From contig CAXXLX010000002.1 of the NCBI GenBank assembly GCA_963665235.2, positions 512,001 through 576,000 of the forward strand: DNA of 64,000 nt. The letters run 5' to 3'. This document shows positions 48,701-58,500 of the stretch, piece after piece. Every line of letters starts with the position of its first letter. Position 1 is the stretch's first letter. The position numbers and the translations under genes were made by a program. The notes under the pieces were generated by a model that had not been told where the DNA came from, did no database searches, and saw nothing but the letters and a program-made list of their open reading frames with translations. The DNA comes from Candidatus Poribacteria bacterium. Lineage in GTDB: Bacteria > Poribacteria > WGA-4E > WGA-3G.

Positions 48701-50506
48701 ATGCAGCCAAGTTCTGCTGAAGAGACAATACAACGGTTGATATTTAGTCTATCTGAGTTGGAACAGTTAGGTCAGACGCTCATCTCTGGGCACAGCAATT
48801 TTAATGTTTCCAGCAAAACCTATCTTCGCATTACGCTCGGTACACTTCAGGTGACCCGGGGGGCGATTTTCTGTTTCCATCCGACAGACAATTACCTGAC
48901 CGTTGCGGCTTCAACCCCGGAGCTGGAGGTTCCGCCAATGTCGCTGGAACCGGAGGAGGTCGCGGGGTTGCTGCAAGCTTCGTTCATTGAATTGGAGCCG
49001 CCGCCGGCATGCCTTGAACATTTCTTCGAACGGCATGCGGAGCAGTTTGCGGACAATGCTATGCATCGCTTGTGGGTCCCTCTAAAAATCCATGACGAGT
49101 TCCTCGGTATACTGAGTTTAGGAAGATTTCTAGGCCGCACACAACTGGAAGCTTGGGAACAGGAACTACTAACTATTCTTGCGCATCAAATATCGATAGC
49201 TATTGCCTATTCACGGATAGTGGAGGGGATTCAGAGTGAAAAGTTTCGGTTGTTTATGTTGGCGGAGAGCGCGCCACAAATATGCCAACTCTTGCAGCCG
49301 GAGGCAGCAGCTGAACAGGTAGTCCATCAAGCAGTAGCACTTTTGGATGCGAACGTCGGTGGGCTTATGCTGATTCACCCGCAGCAGCAGAAACTGCAAC
49401 TGGAATACGATTATCCGCCCGGGGTTTTTGAAACGACTTCATTGGAGATGTTTGACAAGGTTGTCGAAGCTGGCAGAACGGTCCGCTGCGCCGCTAAAAC
49501 AGATATACTTTTCGGCGGTAGAAACTTAATGGCAGGTCCCATTCAGGCACGCGATGGCGATATCTTAGGGGTTCTCGTTATCGGGGACAAGGAGGAACGC
49601 GGCGGCAGAATAACCGAATTTACTGACGAGGACGAAATCCTGCTGGATTCTTTCGCAAAACAGGCAGGCGTGGCAATTGAGAACGCACACCTACATCAAG
49701 AAGCACTTGAAGCACGACAATTGCAAGCGGAAATGGAGGAGGCACGCAAAATCCAGACAAATCTTATACCGGACACACTGCCTGACATTCCCGGGTATGA
49801 GGTTGCAGGGCATTACGAACCGCGTGGACCCGTCGGCGGCGATTATTTTGACTGCCTCGAACTCTCCACCGGAAACGAATGGGGGCTCGCTATTGCCGAT
49901 GTCTCTGGAAAAGGGATGCAAGCCGCCCTTCTCATGGCAACCCTCCGAGCGGGATTGCTCTCTGAATTGTCACGCGGAAGCACACTGAACGAGACGCAAG
50001 AAACATCTAGGAAAGATGAACTTATCGACATGGCACTCACCCTCAATTCCCTGCTTTATGTCAGTGGAACAGAGGAGAAATATGCTACCTTCTTCTACGG
50101 ACACCTTAATCCAGAAACGGATACACTAACGACGCTCAACGGTGGACATAACCCGCCTATCCTTATTAGAAACGATGGAACCACTGAATGGCTCGGTGAA
50201 GATGTGGGTGGACTTCCGCTCGGCATGTTTCCCAATGATATGGTCCCACTCATCGCTGACTATGAGGCGGAACAGGTCCAACTCAATAGCGGCGACCTGG
50301 TCGTTTTCTATACCGATGGCGTTACTGAAACTGTTAACATTGACGATGAATTCTACGATGAGGAACGGCTTGAACAGGTCGCCAAAACATGCCCTAGGGG
50401 AGATGCGTCGGAAATATGTCAATTCATTTATCAGGAAGTCATTGAATTTCAAGGTGACGCTGATCAGTTTGATGATTTGACGTTACTGGTGCTCCGAAAA
50501 AAATAG
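48701..50506 (+). CDS. GAF-GAF-PP2C (SpoIIE/RsbU-like) phosphatase
   Basis: VGGDYFD, ADVSGKG, YTDG, DDLT. Confidence 0.92.
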   Translation: MQPSSAEETIQRLIFSLSELEQLGQTLISGHSNFNVSSKTYLRITLGTLQVTRGAIFCFHPTDNYLTVAASTPELEVPPMSLEPEEVAGLLQASFIELEPPPACLEHFFERHAEQFADNAMHRLWVPLKIHDEFLGILSLGRFLGRTQLEAWEQELLTILAHQISIAIAYSRIVEGIQSEKFRLFMLAESAPQICQLLQPEAAAEQVVHQAVALLDANVGGLMLIHPQQQKLQLEYDYPPGVFETTSLEMFDKVVEAGRTVRCAAKTDILFGGRNLMAGPIQARDGDILGVLVIGDKEERGGRITEFTDEDEILLDSFAKQAGVAIENAHLHQEALEARQLQAEMEEARKIQTNLIPDTLPDIPGYEVAGHYEPRGPVGGDYFDCLELSTGNEWGLAIADVSGKGMQAALLMATLRAGLLSELSRGSTLNETQETSRKDELIDMALTLNSLLYVSGTEEKYATFFYGHLNPETDTLTTLNGGHNPPILIRNDGTTEWLGEDVGGLPLGMFPNDMVPLIADYEAEQVQLNSGDLVVFYTDGVTETVNIDDEFYDEERLEQVAKTCPRGDASEICQFIYQEVIEFQGDADQFDDLTLLVLRKK

Positions 50507-50654
50507 CGGAGGGGTCGGGTTTTACCCCGCTTTATCGTCCTATCGTCCATATTGGTCTAGGTTGTGGAGCCATTGTGTTGTCTATAAACATACCGCTTTC
50601 CGGAGTTTAGTCCATCCGAACGAGCTTTTTCAAAACCCTAGATTGGAGGCAATT

Positions 50655-50930
50655 ATGCAAGAATCTCCTTTTTACGAACAGGTCATGAAACGCGGCATCG
50701 CCCAAGGTTTCAAACAAGGTTTCAAACAAGGTTTCAAACAAGGTGAGTTCCGGACCAAACAAGATGATGTTATCAAGTTGTTGACGCACCAATTCCCTGA
50801 CATCTCTGATACCGTTGTAGCGGAAATCCGGGGAATCACGGAATTCTCACGGCTTGATACACTCTTCGATCAGATACTCACCGCTAAAACCTTTGAGGAT
50901 ATTGACCTCAACGGAAGTAGCATGCAATAG
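50655..50930 (+). CDS. Orphan Rpn C-terminal module (RpnS-like / DUF4351-like)
   Basis: GGAGG SD + ATG 50655; MQESPFYE..G-KQG repeats from 12-bp CAAGGTTTCAAA x3; no nuclease domain upstream. Confidence 0.65.
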   Translation: MQESPFYEQVMKRGIAQGFKQGFKQGFKQGEFRTKQDDVIKLLTHQFPDISDTVVAEIRGITEFSRLDTLFDQILTAKTFEDIDLNGSSMQ

Positions 50931-51009
50931 GAATCAAATAGGTCTCTAAAAAGTCCACAAGCCACAAGCGGCGGGAAGACGTAGGTCCTGAAAGAGAGTT
51001 AAAAAAACT

Positions 51010-51975
51010 ATGCAACATAGCATTGAAGGCCGCAGATTCTTAAATCCATCAATCCTTGCACAAATTGGCAACCTTGAGCTCATCGCCAAATTTGTCGTCG
51101 AAGGATTTATCTCAGGGCTCCACAAAAGTCCCTACCACGGATTTAGCGTTGAGTTCTCACAATATAGGCAGTACATGCCCGGAGACGATACGAAACATAT
51201 CGATTGGAAGGTCTACGGCAGAACGGACCGGTACTATATCAAACAGTTTGAGGAGGAGACCAACCTCAATTGTTACCTGATTCTTGATAGTAGTCAATCC
51301 ATGGCACATCCTACTCCGGAGGATTTAGCAGAAACGGACGATTCGCAGGGAGGCGAGGCAGCTGAGGCAGGAGGGGTTCCGCTAACAAAGTTGCGATATG
51401 CCTCTTTTCTGATTGCCTCGCTCGGCTATTTCATGGCGAAACAGCGCGACGCAGTCGGGTTCGCTCACTTCGATGACAAACTGAATCAGTACTTTCCTGC
51501 ACGGAGTAGCCCGTCACATTTGCACGCTATCTTATTGGCACTGGAGCGACTTGAAACAGCCAAGCAGACACGAATTGGCGAACCGTTACATCAAATCGCT
51601 GAACGGTTGACGAAACGCGGGTTAGTGATACTCATCTCCGATCTTTACGATGAAAATCCCGATGAGGTCATTGACGGGCTTGAGCACCTACGTTACGATG
51701 GGCACGAGGTTATTGTCTTTCATCTCCTCTCCGAGCAGGAGGTGTCGTTTGCGTTTGAAAGACTTATCCGGTTCGTTGATGCGGAAACCGACCAGGAGAT
51801 TATCACGACCCCGCAAGCTATTCGCGACAGCTATCTCAGCAATTTCAACGAATTTATTGACTATTACCGAACCACATTGAACCAAGCAGATATCGATTAC
51901 AACCTGATAAATACGTCAACACCGATTGACCGGGCCCTTTCGGCATATCTTGCGAAGAGGCAGGGTTTTCTATAG
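51010..51975 (+). CDS. DUF58 protein (MoxR-associated vWA-like)
   Basis: G-HKSPYHGFSVEF..YR-Y-PGDD..IDWK, DSSQSM, ISDL. Confidence 0.92.
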   Translation: MQHSIEGRRFLNPSILAQIGNLELIAKFVVEGFISGLHKSPYHGFSVEFSQYRQYMPGDDTKHIDWKVYGRTDRYYIKQFEEETNLNCYLILDSSQSMAHPTPEDLAETDDSQGGEAAEAGGVPLTKLRYASFLIASLGYFMAKQRDAVGFAHFDDKLNQYFPARSSPSHLHAILLALERLETAKQTRIGEPLHQIAERLTKRGLVILISDLYDENPDEVIDGLEHLRYDGHEVIVFHLLSEQEVSFAFERLIRFVDAETDQEIITTPQAIRDSYLSNFNEFIDYYRTTLNQADIDYNLINTSTPIDRALSAYLAKRQGFL

Positions 51976-51997
51976 AGCGGTAAAAGGATATAGGACT

Positions 51998-54133
51998 ATG
52001 TCATTTTTAGCTTGGGGTTTTGCTATAGCGGGTGCTGTTGGGGCATCTATCCCGCTCATCATTCATTTACTGAATAGGGAACGCGCGCGCCGCCTCATTT
52101 TCAGTACGGTCCGGTTCATCCAGATGTCGCACCAGACGAATGTGCAGCGGCATAAACTGAAGCGGCTGCTCCTGCTCCTGATGCGTATCTTAATATTAAT
52201 CCTCCTCGGGCTGGCGTTCGCGCGGCCCTATTTCGCTGCGGATCCTGAAACTGCACCAGAATTAGGCGGTACCCGAAACGCTGTGATTATTTTGGATACG
52301 TCGTATAGTATGCAATATGAGGACGTTTTTGACCGTGCCAAAAAGGAGGCAATCGCCCGACTTGATGGGTTGGAAAATACCGATGCTGTCGGTTTAATTT
52401 TGTCCGCGGACAAAGCACTGACTGTTCTGCCACTTGACACAGAACGGAGCCACATTAGGTCCACATTATCAAACGCAAAACCGACCTATCACAAAACCGA
52501 TTATCTCGATGCAATCCAAACTGCATCGCAATTACTCGAGCAGGTCGCCGTCGGTCAGAAACAGATATACTTAGTTGCTGATTTACAGAAAAACGGGTGG
52601 GATAATTTCCTCGACACCGACCGGCTCAGTCCCAATATAGACATTGAGTTCGTTAATGTGGGAGTAGAACAGTCCGACAATCTCGCAATTACCGGCATAA
52701 ATGTGCCACCTATTGTACTGGTAGGGGGGGGCTCACAATTACGACCTGTTGAATCTGCTGAATTGGTTGCACGTATCCATAACTTCGGCACTGAGCTTGT
52801 TGAGGATGTGTCTGTCAAATTATCTATCGATGGAAAAAGCGTAGGCGTAACACAGGTGGACATTGAACCTGGGGATATCACTGATGCCGTTTTCAAACTA
52901 GAAATGGACAAATTTCAGTCAGGAGAGATGCATACCGGTTGGGTTGACATCGGGACGAAGGATTCCTTGGGAGTTGATAACCGCCGATATTTTACTGTGC
53001 AAAGCCTCCGGACCATCAAGGTGCACTGCATCAACGGTGAACCGAAGGAACCGGACTATGAGAGTGAAACCTTCTTTTTACGAATGGCACTTAATGCGGG
53101 TAGAGAGGCCACCCCGATTGATTTTACACAATCCACTGCATTGCCATCTGGTGCAGATGCGCTACAGAGGTACGATGTGCTTATCCTTGCGAATCTGGGT
53201 GAGGTCACAGCGGCGGATGCGGTGCGATTGAAGGAATATGTTGCTGATGGAGGCGGGTTGATTATCACCCTCGGCGATCAGGTGGACGCTACTGTTTATC
53301 AGCAGCACCTTGGTGCATCGGAAACCCCGCTCATGCCGTGTACGCTCATGCAGACAGTCGGTGATGCGATTGCGCGGGAGGAGTTCAAGGTAATTGCCAC
53401 GGTAGACTACAAACATCCGATTTTTGCACCGTTTCGAAATCCGAACCACGGTGATTTTGGGAAGGGACGATTTTATCGCTATTTTCAGGCAACGCCTACA
53501 GTCGACGCGGCGGTTATTGCGGCGTATGATGATGGAAATCCCGCACTCTTTGAAAAAATTTATGGAAATGGACGCGTGCTCTGCTTTACCTCTACACTCG
53601 ACCGAGAGTGGAACGACCTGCCTGTGCATGCAGTCTATCTCCCGTTTCTGCATGAAGCTATCAAACACCTTGCCCTGCGGCAGGTGAGCGAAACGGCTGA
53701 GTATCGCGTGGGTGAAGCGGTTGAATACAGTCCCGCTGTTAGAAGCCAAAGCCCGGGCCCCGGGAAAACGGTGGCAGTTTTCAATCCAAATCGCGAGGAA
53801 ACGCGAATGACGTTGAGCGAACAGGGGCAGCTCTTTTATGAAAACACCGAACTGCCCGGCATCTATTCGGTGCATAGGACCGGTGAAACTGCTTACTATT
53901 TTGTTGTCAATGTGGACACTACCGAATCTGACTTAACCCCCCGCGATGCGGAGGAATTGCGTAGCATGCTGGTCGGCTCAACAGAAGTGGACCGTGCACC
54001 GACAGAACTTACAGACGAAGTCAGGCAAGAATACAACGAAGGTGTTGAGAAAAAACAGGGTATCGCTACCTATCTCCTTCTGGCGGTTTTTGCTCTGGCT
54101 GCAGCCGAAATGTTTATAGCAAATCGGGTCTAA
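51998..54133 (+). CDS. BatA/vWA domain membrane protein
   Basis: P-IIHL, LLLLMR, ARP, DTSYSM MIDAS, C-terminal TM. Confidence 0.88.
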   Translation: MSFLAWGFAIAGAVGASIPLIIHLLNRERARRLIFSTVRFIQMSHQTNVQRHKLKRLLLLLMRILILILLGLAFARPYFAADPETAPELGGTRNAVIILDTSYSMQYEDVFDRAKKEAIARLDGLENTDAVGLILSADKALTVLPLDTERSHIRSTLSNAKPTYHKTDYLDAIQTASQLLEQVAVGQKQIYLVADLQKNGWDNFLDTDRLSPNIDIEFVNVGVEQSDNLAITGINVPPIVLVGGGSQLRPVESAELVARIHNFGTELVEDVSVKLSIDGKSVGVTQVDIEPGDITDAVFKLEMDKFQSGEMHTGWVDIGTKDSLGVDNRRYFTVQSLRTIKVHCINGEPKEPDYESETFFLRMALNAGREATPIDFTQSTALPSGADALQRYDVLILANLGEVTAADAVRLKEYVADGGGLIITLGDQVDATVYQQHLGASETPLMPCTLMQTVGDAIAREEFKVIATVDYKHPIFAPFRNPNHGDFGKGRFYRYFQATPTVDAAVIAAYDDGNPALFEKIYGNGRVLCFTSTLDREWNDLPVHAVYLPFLHEAIKHLALRQVSETAEYRVGEAVEYSPAVRSQSPGPGKTVAVFNPNREETRMTLSEQGQLFYENTELPGIYSVHRTGETAYYFVVNVDTTESDLTPRDAEELRSMLVGSTEVDRAPTELTDEVRQEYNEGVEKKQGIATYLLLAVFALAAAEMFIANRV

Positions 54134-54191
54134 TAGGAGTAGGTATACTCCGTAGGCCGTCACATAGCCAAAAGTCAATAAGGATAATTAC

Positions 54192-55115
54192 ATGAACGTT
54201 GAAGCGACTACTGCAATTGAGGTTCCAAAGGTTGTATGCGATGAGAAAATCCAGTTTTTTATCGAGAACGGTTATCTCGTCGTGCCTAATTTGCTATCGG
54301 ACAGTGAGATTGAAGAGTTGCGGCAGGATACAGTAACGCTTGCACGCGGCGGATATGAATGCGATAGCCTTAAACCGCTTCCGGAGAGCGTCACTGATGA
54401 CCAAGCTGTCGGCAGAATTCTCTGCATTCATCAGCCGCACTTCGTTAGCGAGGTAATTGAAAGATATGTGAAACACCCCAAAATCTGCGGAATTTTAAGT
54501 CAAATCACGGCTGCACACCTCCCCTATTGGGATGGCAGTGTTAAGTGTATGCAGTCGATGCTCTTTGTTAAACCGCCTAATTTTCAGGGGCAAGCGTGGC
54601 ATCAGGATGAGATCTATATTCCGACCCGGGACCGTTCCTTGATTGGTGCATGGATTGCCATGGATGACGCAACCGTCGAAAATGGATGTTTATGGGTACT
54701 TCCCGGCTCACATCGTCAAGGCTATCTCTATCCACAACGTAATCATGAGAATCCTGACGAGTTTGACTTTGCACAGGAGAGTTATGGGTTCGACGGTTCA
54801 CCGGAGGTCCCGGTCGAAGTGACAACAGGCACCCTTGTATTTTTCAACGGTTATCTGCTGCACCGTTCCCGAAAAAATCGGGGAGACACCTACCGGCGTG
54901 TTCTTGTGAGCCATTATTGCAACTCCTGGTCCCTACTTCCGTGGTCAATTCGGGAGGGCGAACGGCCCGCGAGTGCTGACCGGCGCTGCATTATTCCTGT
55001 CTCCGGGGTGGACCCGTACGCGTGGAAAGGTTACGACCCGCCCCCTAAGAATGTCTCCTTGCGAACCTGCAAAGCTATAGGCGAATTACCAGCCCTCACC
55101 CCTGTAGGAGAGTGA
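54192..55115 (+). CDS. Phytanoyl-CoA dioxygenase family protein
   Basis: WHQDE, WIAMDDAT-ENGCL, PGSH, LHRS, RR. Confidence 0.9.
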   Translation: MNVEATTAIEVPKVVCDEKIQFFIENGYLVVPNLLSDSEIEELRQDTVTLARGGYECDSLKPLPESVTDDQAVGRILCIHQPHFVSEVIERYVKHPKICGILSQITAAHLPYWDGSVKCMQSMLFVKPPNFQGQAWHQDEIYIPTRDRSLIGAWIAMDDATVENGCLWVLPGSHRQGYLYPQRNHENPDEFDFAQESYGFDGSPEVPVEVTTGTLVFFNGYLLHRSRKNRGDTYRRVLVSHYCNSWSLLPWSIREGERPASADRRCIIPVSGVDPYAWKGYDPPPKNVSLRTCKAIGELPALTPVGE

Positions 55116-55142
55116 ACGTCGTTGGCGTACACCTAAAACACT

Positions 55143-55361
55143 ATGACAACAGAACACGTTTATGCACTTCAGAATGTATTGGAGGAGATGTTCACACGTA
55201 TCGGCACCGGTGCCGATATTGAAGAACAACTCACCCGCATTGCACAGTTGTCTGTAGAAATTGATGCAACCGCACCCGCAATGCTCAAACACTATCTCCA
55301 GCGGAAGAGTTATACGAAAGCATTGGATTTCATCAGACAAGAGTTAGGGGCAGATACATAA
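55143..55361 (+). CDS. Small hypothetical protein
   Basis: 72-aa co-oriented ORF with L-HYLQRKSY-KAL-F motif. Confidence 0.65.
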   Translation: MTTEHVYALQNVLEEMFTRIGTGADIEEQLTRIAQLSVEIDATAPAMLKHYLQRKSYTKALDFIRQELGADT

Positions 55362-55393
55362 ACCCGCAACGAACCGATAGGAAATATTAAAAA

Positions 55394-56146
55394 ATGGATA
55401 GAGTAGATGGACGAAAAGTCGACGAACTGCGTCCTGTTAAAATTACACGGAATTATATCAACCAGCCCGAAGGCGCAGTGCTTGTGGAAACAGGTGATAC
55501 TAAAGTGATATGCACCGCATCTGTTCAAGAACAGCAGCCGCGCTTTATGCGTGACCAACGAAGCCGAAAAAAAGGCTGGGTGACTGCTGAATACGCGATG
55601 CTTCCCGGCTCCAGTAGTGAACGGATACAACGGGAGGTCAGCCGAGGTCGAGTCGGGGGTAGGACACAAGAAATTCAACGGCTCATCGGCAGAGCCCTGC
55701 GGGCTGCGGTTGACCTCTATGCATTAGGAGAACGCACAATCTGGGTCGACTGTGATGTTCTACAAGCGGATGGCGGTACCCGCACCGCAGCTGTGACAGG
55801 CGCGTTTATCGCGCTATGGGACGCATGCAAAAAATTGCAAGAGCAGGAAAAAATTAAAGAATTTCCTATCTCTGATAATATTGCTGCAACCAGCGTCGGT
55901 ATTATCGACGGCACAGCACTCCTCGACCTATGTTATGAAGAGGATGTTGGGGCAGATGTTGATATGAACGTCGTTATGACTGGCAGTGGAAAGTTTATAG
56001 AAATCCAGGGGACTGCTGAACAGAAACCGTTCTCGCGTGAAGAATATGACCAAATGATTGAGCTGGCCGTCGGTGGAATTCAACAACTTGTACGCTTACA
56101 GAGCCGTATCATGCTTGAGAATTTAGATGTAGGAACAATTCCGTGA
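55394..56146 (+). CDS. rph: Ribonuclease PH
   Basis: [42 protein letters not shown]. Confidence 0.97.
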   Translation: MDRVDGRKVDELRPVKITRNYINQPEGAVLVETGDTKVICTASVQEQQPRFMRDQRSRKKGWVTAEYAMLPGSSSERIQREVSRGRVGGRTQEIQRLIGRALRAAVDLYALGERTIWVDCDVLQADGGTRTAAVTGAFIALWDACKKLQEQEKIKEFPISDNIAATSVGIIDGTALLDLCYEEDVGADVDMNVVMTGSGKFIEIQGTAEQKPFSREEYDQMIELAVGGIQQLVRLQSRIMLENLDVGTIP

Positions 56147-56195
56147 TTGCGATTTAGAATTTAATAGTTCCCCTGCTTGTGGGGGGTGAGGACAG

Positions 56196-56870
56196 ATGAA
56201 ACTTGTATTGGCAACCCGTAACCTCGGAAAGGTCAGAGAACTCACAACTATGCTTGCTGAAAGCCACACCTCACTCCCGCGGGAAGACACGGGGGGCACC
56301 GACTGTCAACAGGCGTTAGTAGAGCTTCTCTCACTACAGGATTTTCCTGATGCACCAGAGGTTGTTGAGGATGGCACTACCTATCAAGAGAATGCCGCAA
56401 AAAAGGCAACGGTCATCGCTGAGTATACTGGACACCTGACGCTCGCTGATGATGCTGGATTAGAGGTTGACGCGCTTGACGGTGCACCGGGCATCCATGC
56501 GAAACGGTGGGCAGGTGAAAATGCTACGGACGCGGAACGCATGCAAAAATTGCTCTCGCTTTTGGAGGGCGTTTCCAATCGACGTGCCCGATTTGTTGCT
56601 GCTATCGCTATCGCCTCACCCACTCCCCGCCTTGATAAGGGGAATAGGGGGATTGCAGATTTGCAAATTGTCATCGACAGCTGCGAGGGACATATCACCA
56701 CGGCACCTGTAGGGGAAAGCGGTTTCGGATATGATCCGGTTTTTGTTCCTATAGGGTATAACCAAACTTTTGCCGAATTGGGGGAGGCAATCAAAAACCA
56801 AATTAGTCACAGAAGTAAAGCTCTGCGCTTGGCTATCACACATCTGAATAGGTATATAGCCAGCAAATGA
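56196..56870 (+). CDS. rdgB: dITP/XTP pyrophosphatase (Ham1)
   Basis: AT-N-GK-RE, ENA-KK, DD-GL, GFGYDP, ISHR. Confidence 0.93.
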   Translation: MKLVLATRNLGKVRELTTMLAESHTSLPREDTGGTDCQQALVELLSLQDFPDAPEVVEDGTTYQENAAKKATVIAEYTGHLTLADDAGLEVDALDGAPGIHAKRWAGENATDAERMQKLLSLLEGVSNRRARFVAAIAIASPTPRLDKGNRGIADLQIVIDSCEGHITTAPVGESGFGYDPVFVPIGYNQTFAELGEAIKNQISHRSKALRLAITHLNRYIASK

Positions 56871-56886
56871 CCAAAGGAATGTTATT

Positions 56887-57444
56887 ATGGCAGCACTAAA
56901 CGATTTAAGAAATGGATTAGTTATCCGCCTCAACGATATTGTCTACACAATTGTAGATTGTCAACCTGTCAAGCCCGGAAAAGGGGGAGCGTTCACGCGA
57001 ACCAAAATTAAACGCGTTACCGATGGCGCAGTCCTGGACCGAACCTTCCGAGCAAACGAAACGATTGAAACTGTCCGACTCGTCGACCGAGAGATGCAAT
57101 ACCTCTACCGGGAGGGGGATATGTTATGGTTTATGGACAACGAAACCTTTGAGCAGCACCCTCTTCCTGTAAAACTCATTGAGGATAGCTTGAAATTCCT
57201 AAAAGAGGGGGAAACGTTAACGGTCAAAATGGATGGAACGACACCGCTTGTCGTTGAGATGCCAACTTTTGTTGAGCTTCAAATTGTTGAAACTGACCCT
57301 GGCTTACGCGGCGATACTGTCAGTGGGGGCACCAAGCCGGCCAAATTGGAGACAGGCGGGGTTGTCAATGTACCGCTCTTCGTTAAAAATGAGACTGTCA
57401 TCAAAGTTGACACCCGCACTGGAAAATACGTTGAAAGAGTTTGA
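56887..57444 (+). CDS. efp: Elongation factor P
   Basis: KPGKGGAF, PG-RGDT, KPA-LETG, VDTR-G-Y--R. Confidence 0.97.
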   Translation: MAALNDLRNGLVIRLNDIVYTIVDCQPVKPGKGGAFTRTKIKRVTDGAVLDRTFRANETIETVRLVDREMQYLYREGDMLWFMDNETFEQHPLPVKLIEDSLKFLKEGETLTVKMDGTTPLVVEMPTFVELQIVETDPGLRGDTVSGGTKPAKLETGGVVNVPLFVKNETVIKVDTRTGKYVERV

Positions 57445-57732
57445 ATCATGGCCTCTGCTCGCCTGCGCCGTTGTTTTAATTAGCGATTGGCGATTGGCAG
57501 AAAGGAGAAATAGATGAAAATCGCAGATTTTCATTATTTTCTCTCCTAGCAAGATGTTGTGATTATAATCAGATTTTTGACGCGCGTCAAAAACCTCTTT
57601 CTCTTGCTAATGGTTTCCATAGGTTTCCAATAGCTAACATTCTATAAACATATCGTCCCTAAGAAGCGGGCTGCTTGCCCGAATACTAGGGGAAACTTTT
57701 TTCAAACTCACGTTACAAACTAAGAAAGGAGC

Positions 57733-57782
57733 GGGCTTTCCTGCCCCGCCTAAAGATGGCGGTTTCCAGCCCGAAGATTTAG
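57733..57782 (-). mobile_element. Solitary IS200/IS605-type end
   Basis: GGGCTTTCCTGCCCCGCCTAAAGATGGCGGTTTCCAGCCC hairpin with the CTAAAG core shared by the other IS605 ends in this window. Confidence 0.6.
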
Positions 57783-58286
57783 ATGAGGAAAAAACCTGAT
57801 GCCAAGCCATCTCCACCGGACAAGGAGGCGGCAGAAACCGATGTTAATACGGACCCGCTTATAGAACGACTCGAACACCTGATAACAATTGCGGAACGCG
57901 CGGGACTCTCTACGGTTCGCATTCGCGATGGAGACGTTGAAATAGAAATTGCACGTACAACCGCACCTTCGCTCGTACCGGGGGTGCCCATTGGTGCTAG
58001 TGGTACGCCTACCCTGGAAGCTGGCGATGCGTCACAAACCGATGCGCATGAGGTGATTCGGGCACCGATGCTGGCACGCTTTTATCGGTCTCCTGCTCCT
58101 GACGAGCCGCCGTTCGTTGAAGTCGGTGACACTGTCACAGCCGGGGACACTTTAGCCACGCTGGAGGTCATGAAAACGTACAATGATGTAGAGGCACCTT
58201 TTAACTGCCAAATCCTTGAAATTCTGGTTGAGGATGGGGAGGCGGTTGAATACAATCAACCCCTTTTTCGCGTGAAGCAAACCTGA
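57783..58286 (+). CDS. accB: Biotin carboxyl carrier protein
   Basis: APM..FYRSP-P, FVEVGD, EVMK biotin-Lys, VEY-QPLF; upstream of accC. Confidence 0.9.
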   Translation: MRKKPDAKPSPPDKEAAETDVNTDPLIERLEHLITIAERAGLSTVRIRDGDVEIEIARTTAPSLVPGVPIGASGTPTLEAGDASQTDAHEVIRAPMLARFYRSPAPDEPPFVEVGDTVTAGDTLATLEVMKTYNDVEAPFNCQILEILVEDGEAVEYNQPLFRVKQT

Positions 58287-58368
58287 TTGGCTCGTTGGCG
58301 ATTGGCGATTAGCAAGAGAGATACTAGATGGAGCGGGCTGGGTATACAGAGGCAGACTTAAAGAAAAT

Positions 58369-58483
58369 CAGGACTTACGCAGCGTGTTGATAAAGTCCAT
58401 AGATAATAGGATTCAGAGGGAGACTTAGCGGGCGAGGTGACCTCGCCCCTACGATACTACGTGCTAAATTTGCGTAAGTTCTG
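58369..58483. mobile_element. MITE with CAGGACTTACGCA ends and 6-bp TSD carrying a REP
   Basis: CAGGACTTACGCA / TGCGTAAGTTCTG; GAAAAT at 58363-58368 and 58484-58489; GGGCGAGGTGACCTCGCCCCTAC at 58430-58452. Confidence 0.82.
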
Positions 58484-58500
58484 GAAAATATTAAAGGATG

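Noticed and set aside
47747-50506. Rsb trio without a sigma factor as a novel system
   Set aside because: Common arrangement; the target is often encoded elsewhere
1-54133. Split vWA/DUF4159 and DUF58/BatA clusters lacking MoxR
   Set aside because: Known MoxR-associated families; dispersal is unremarkable
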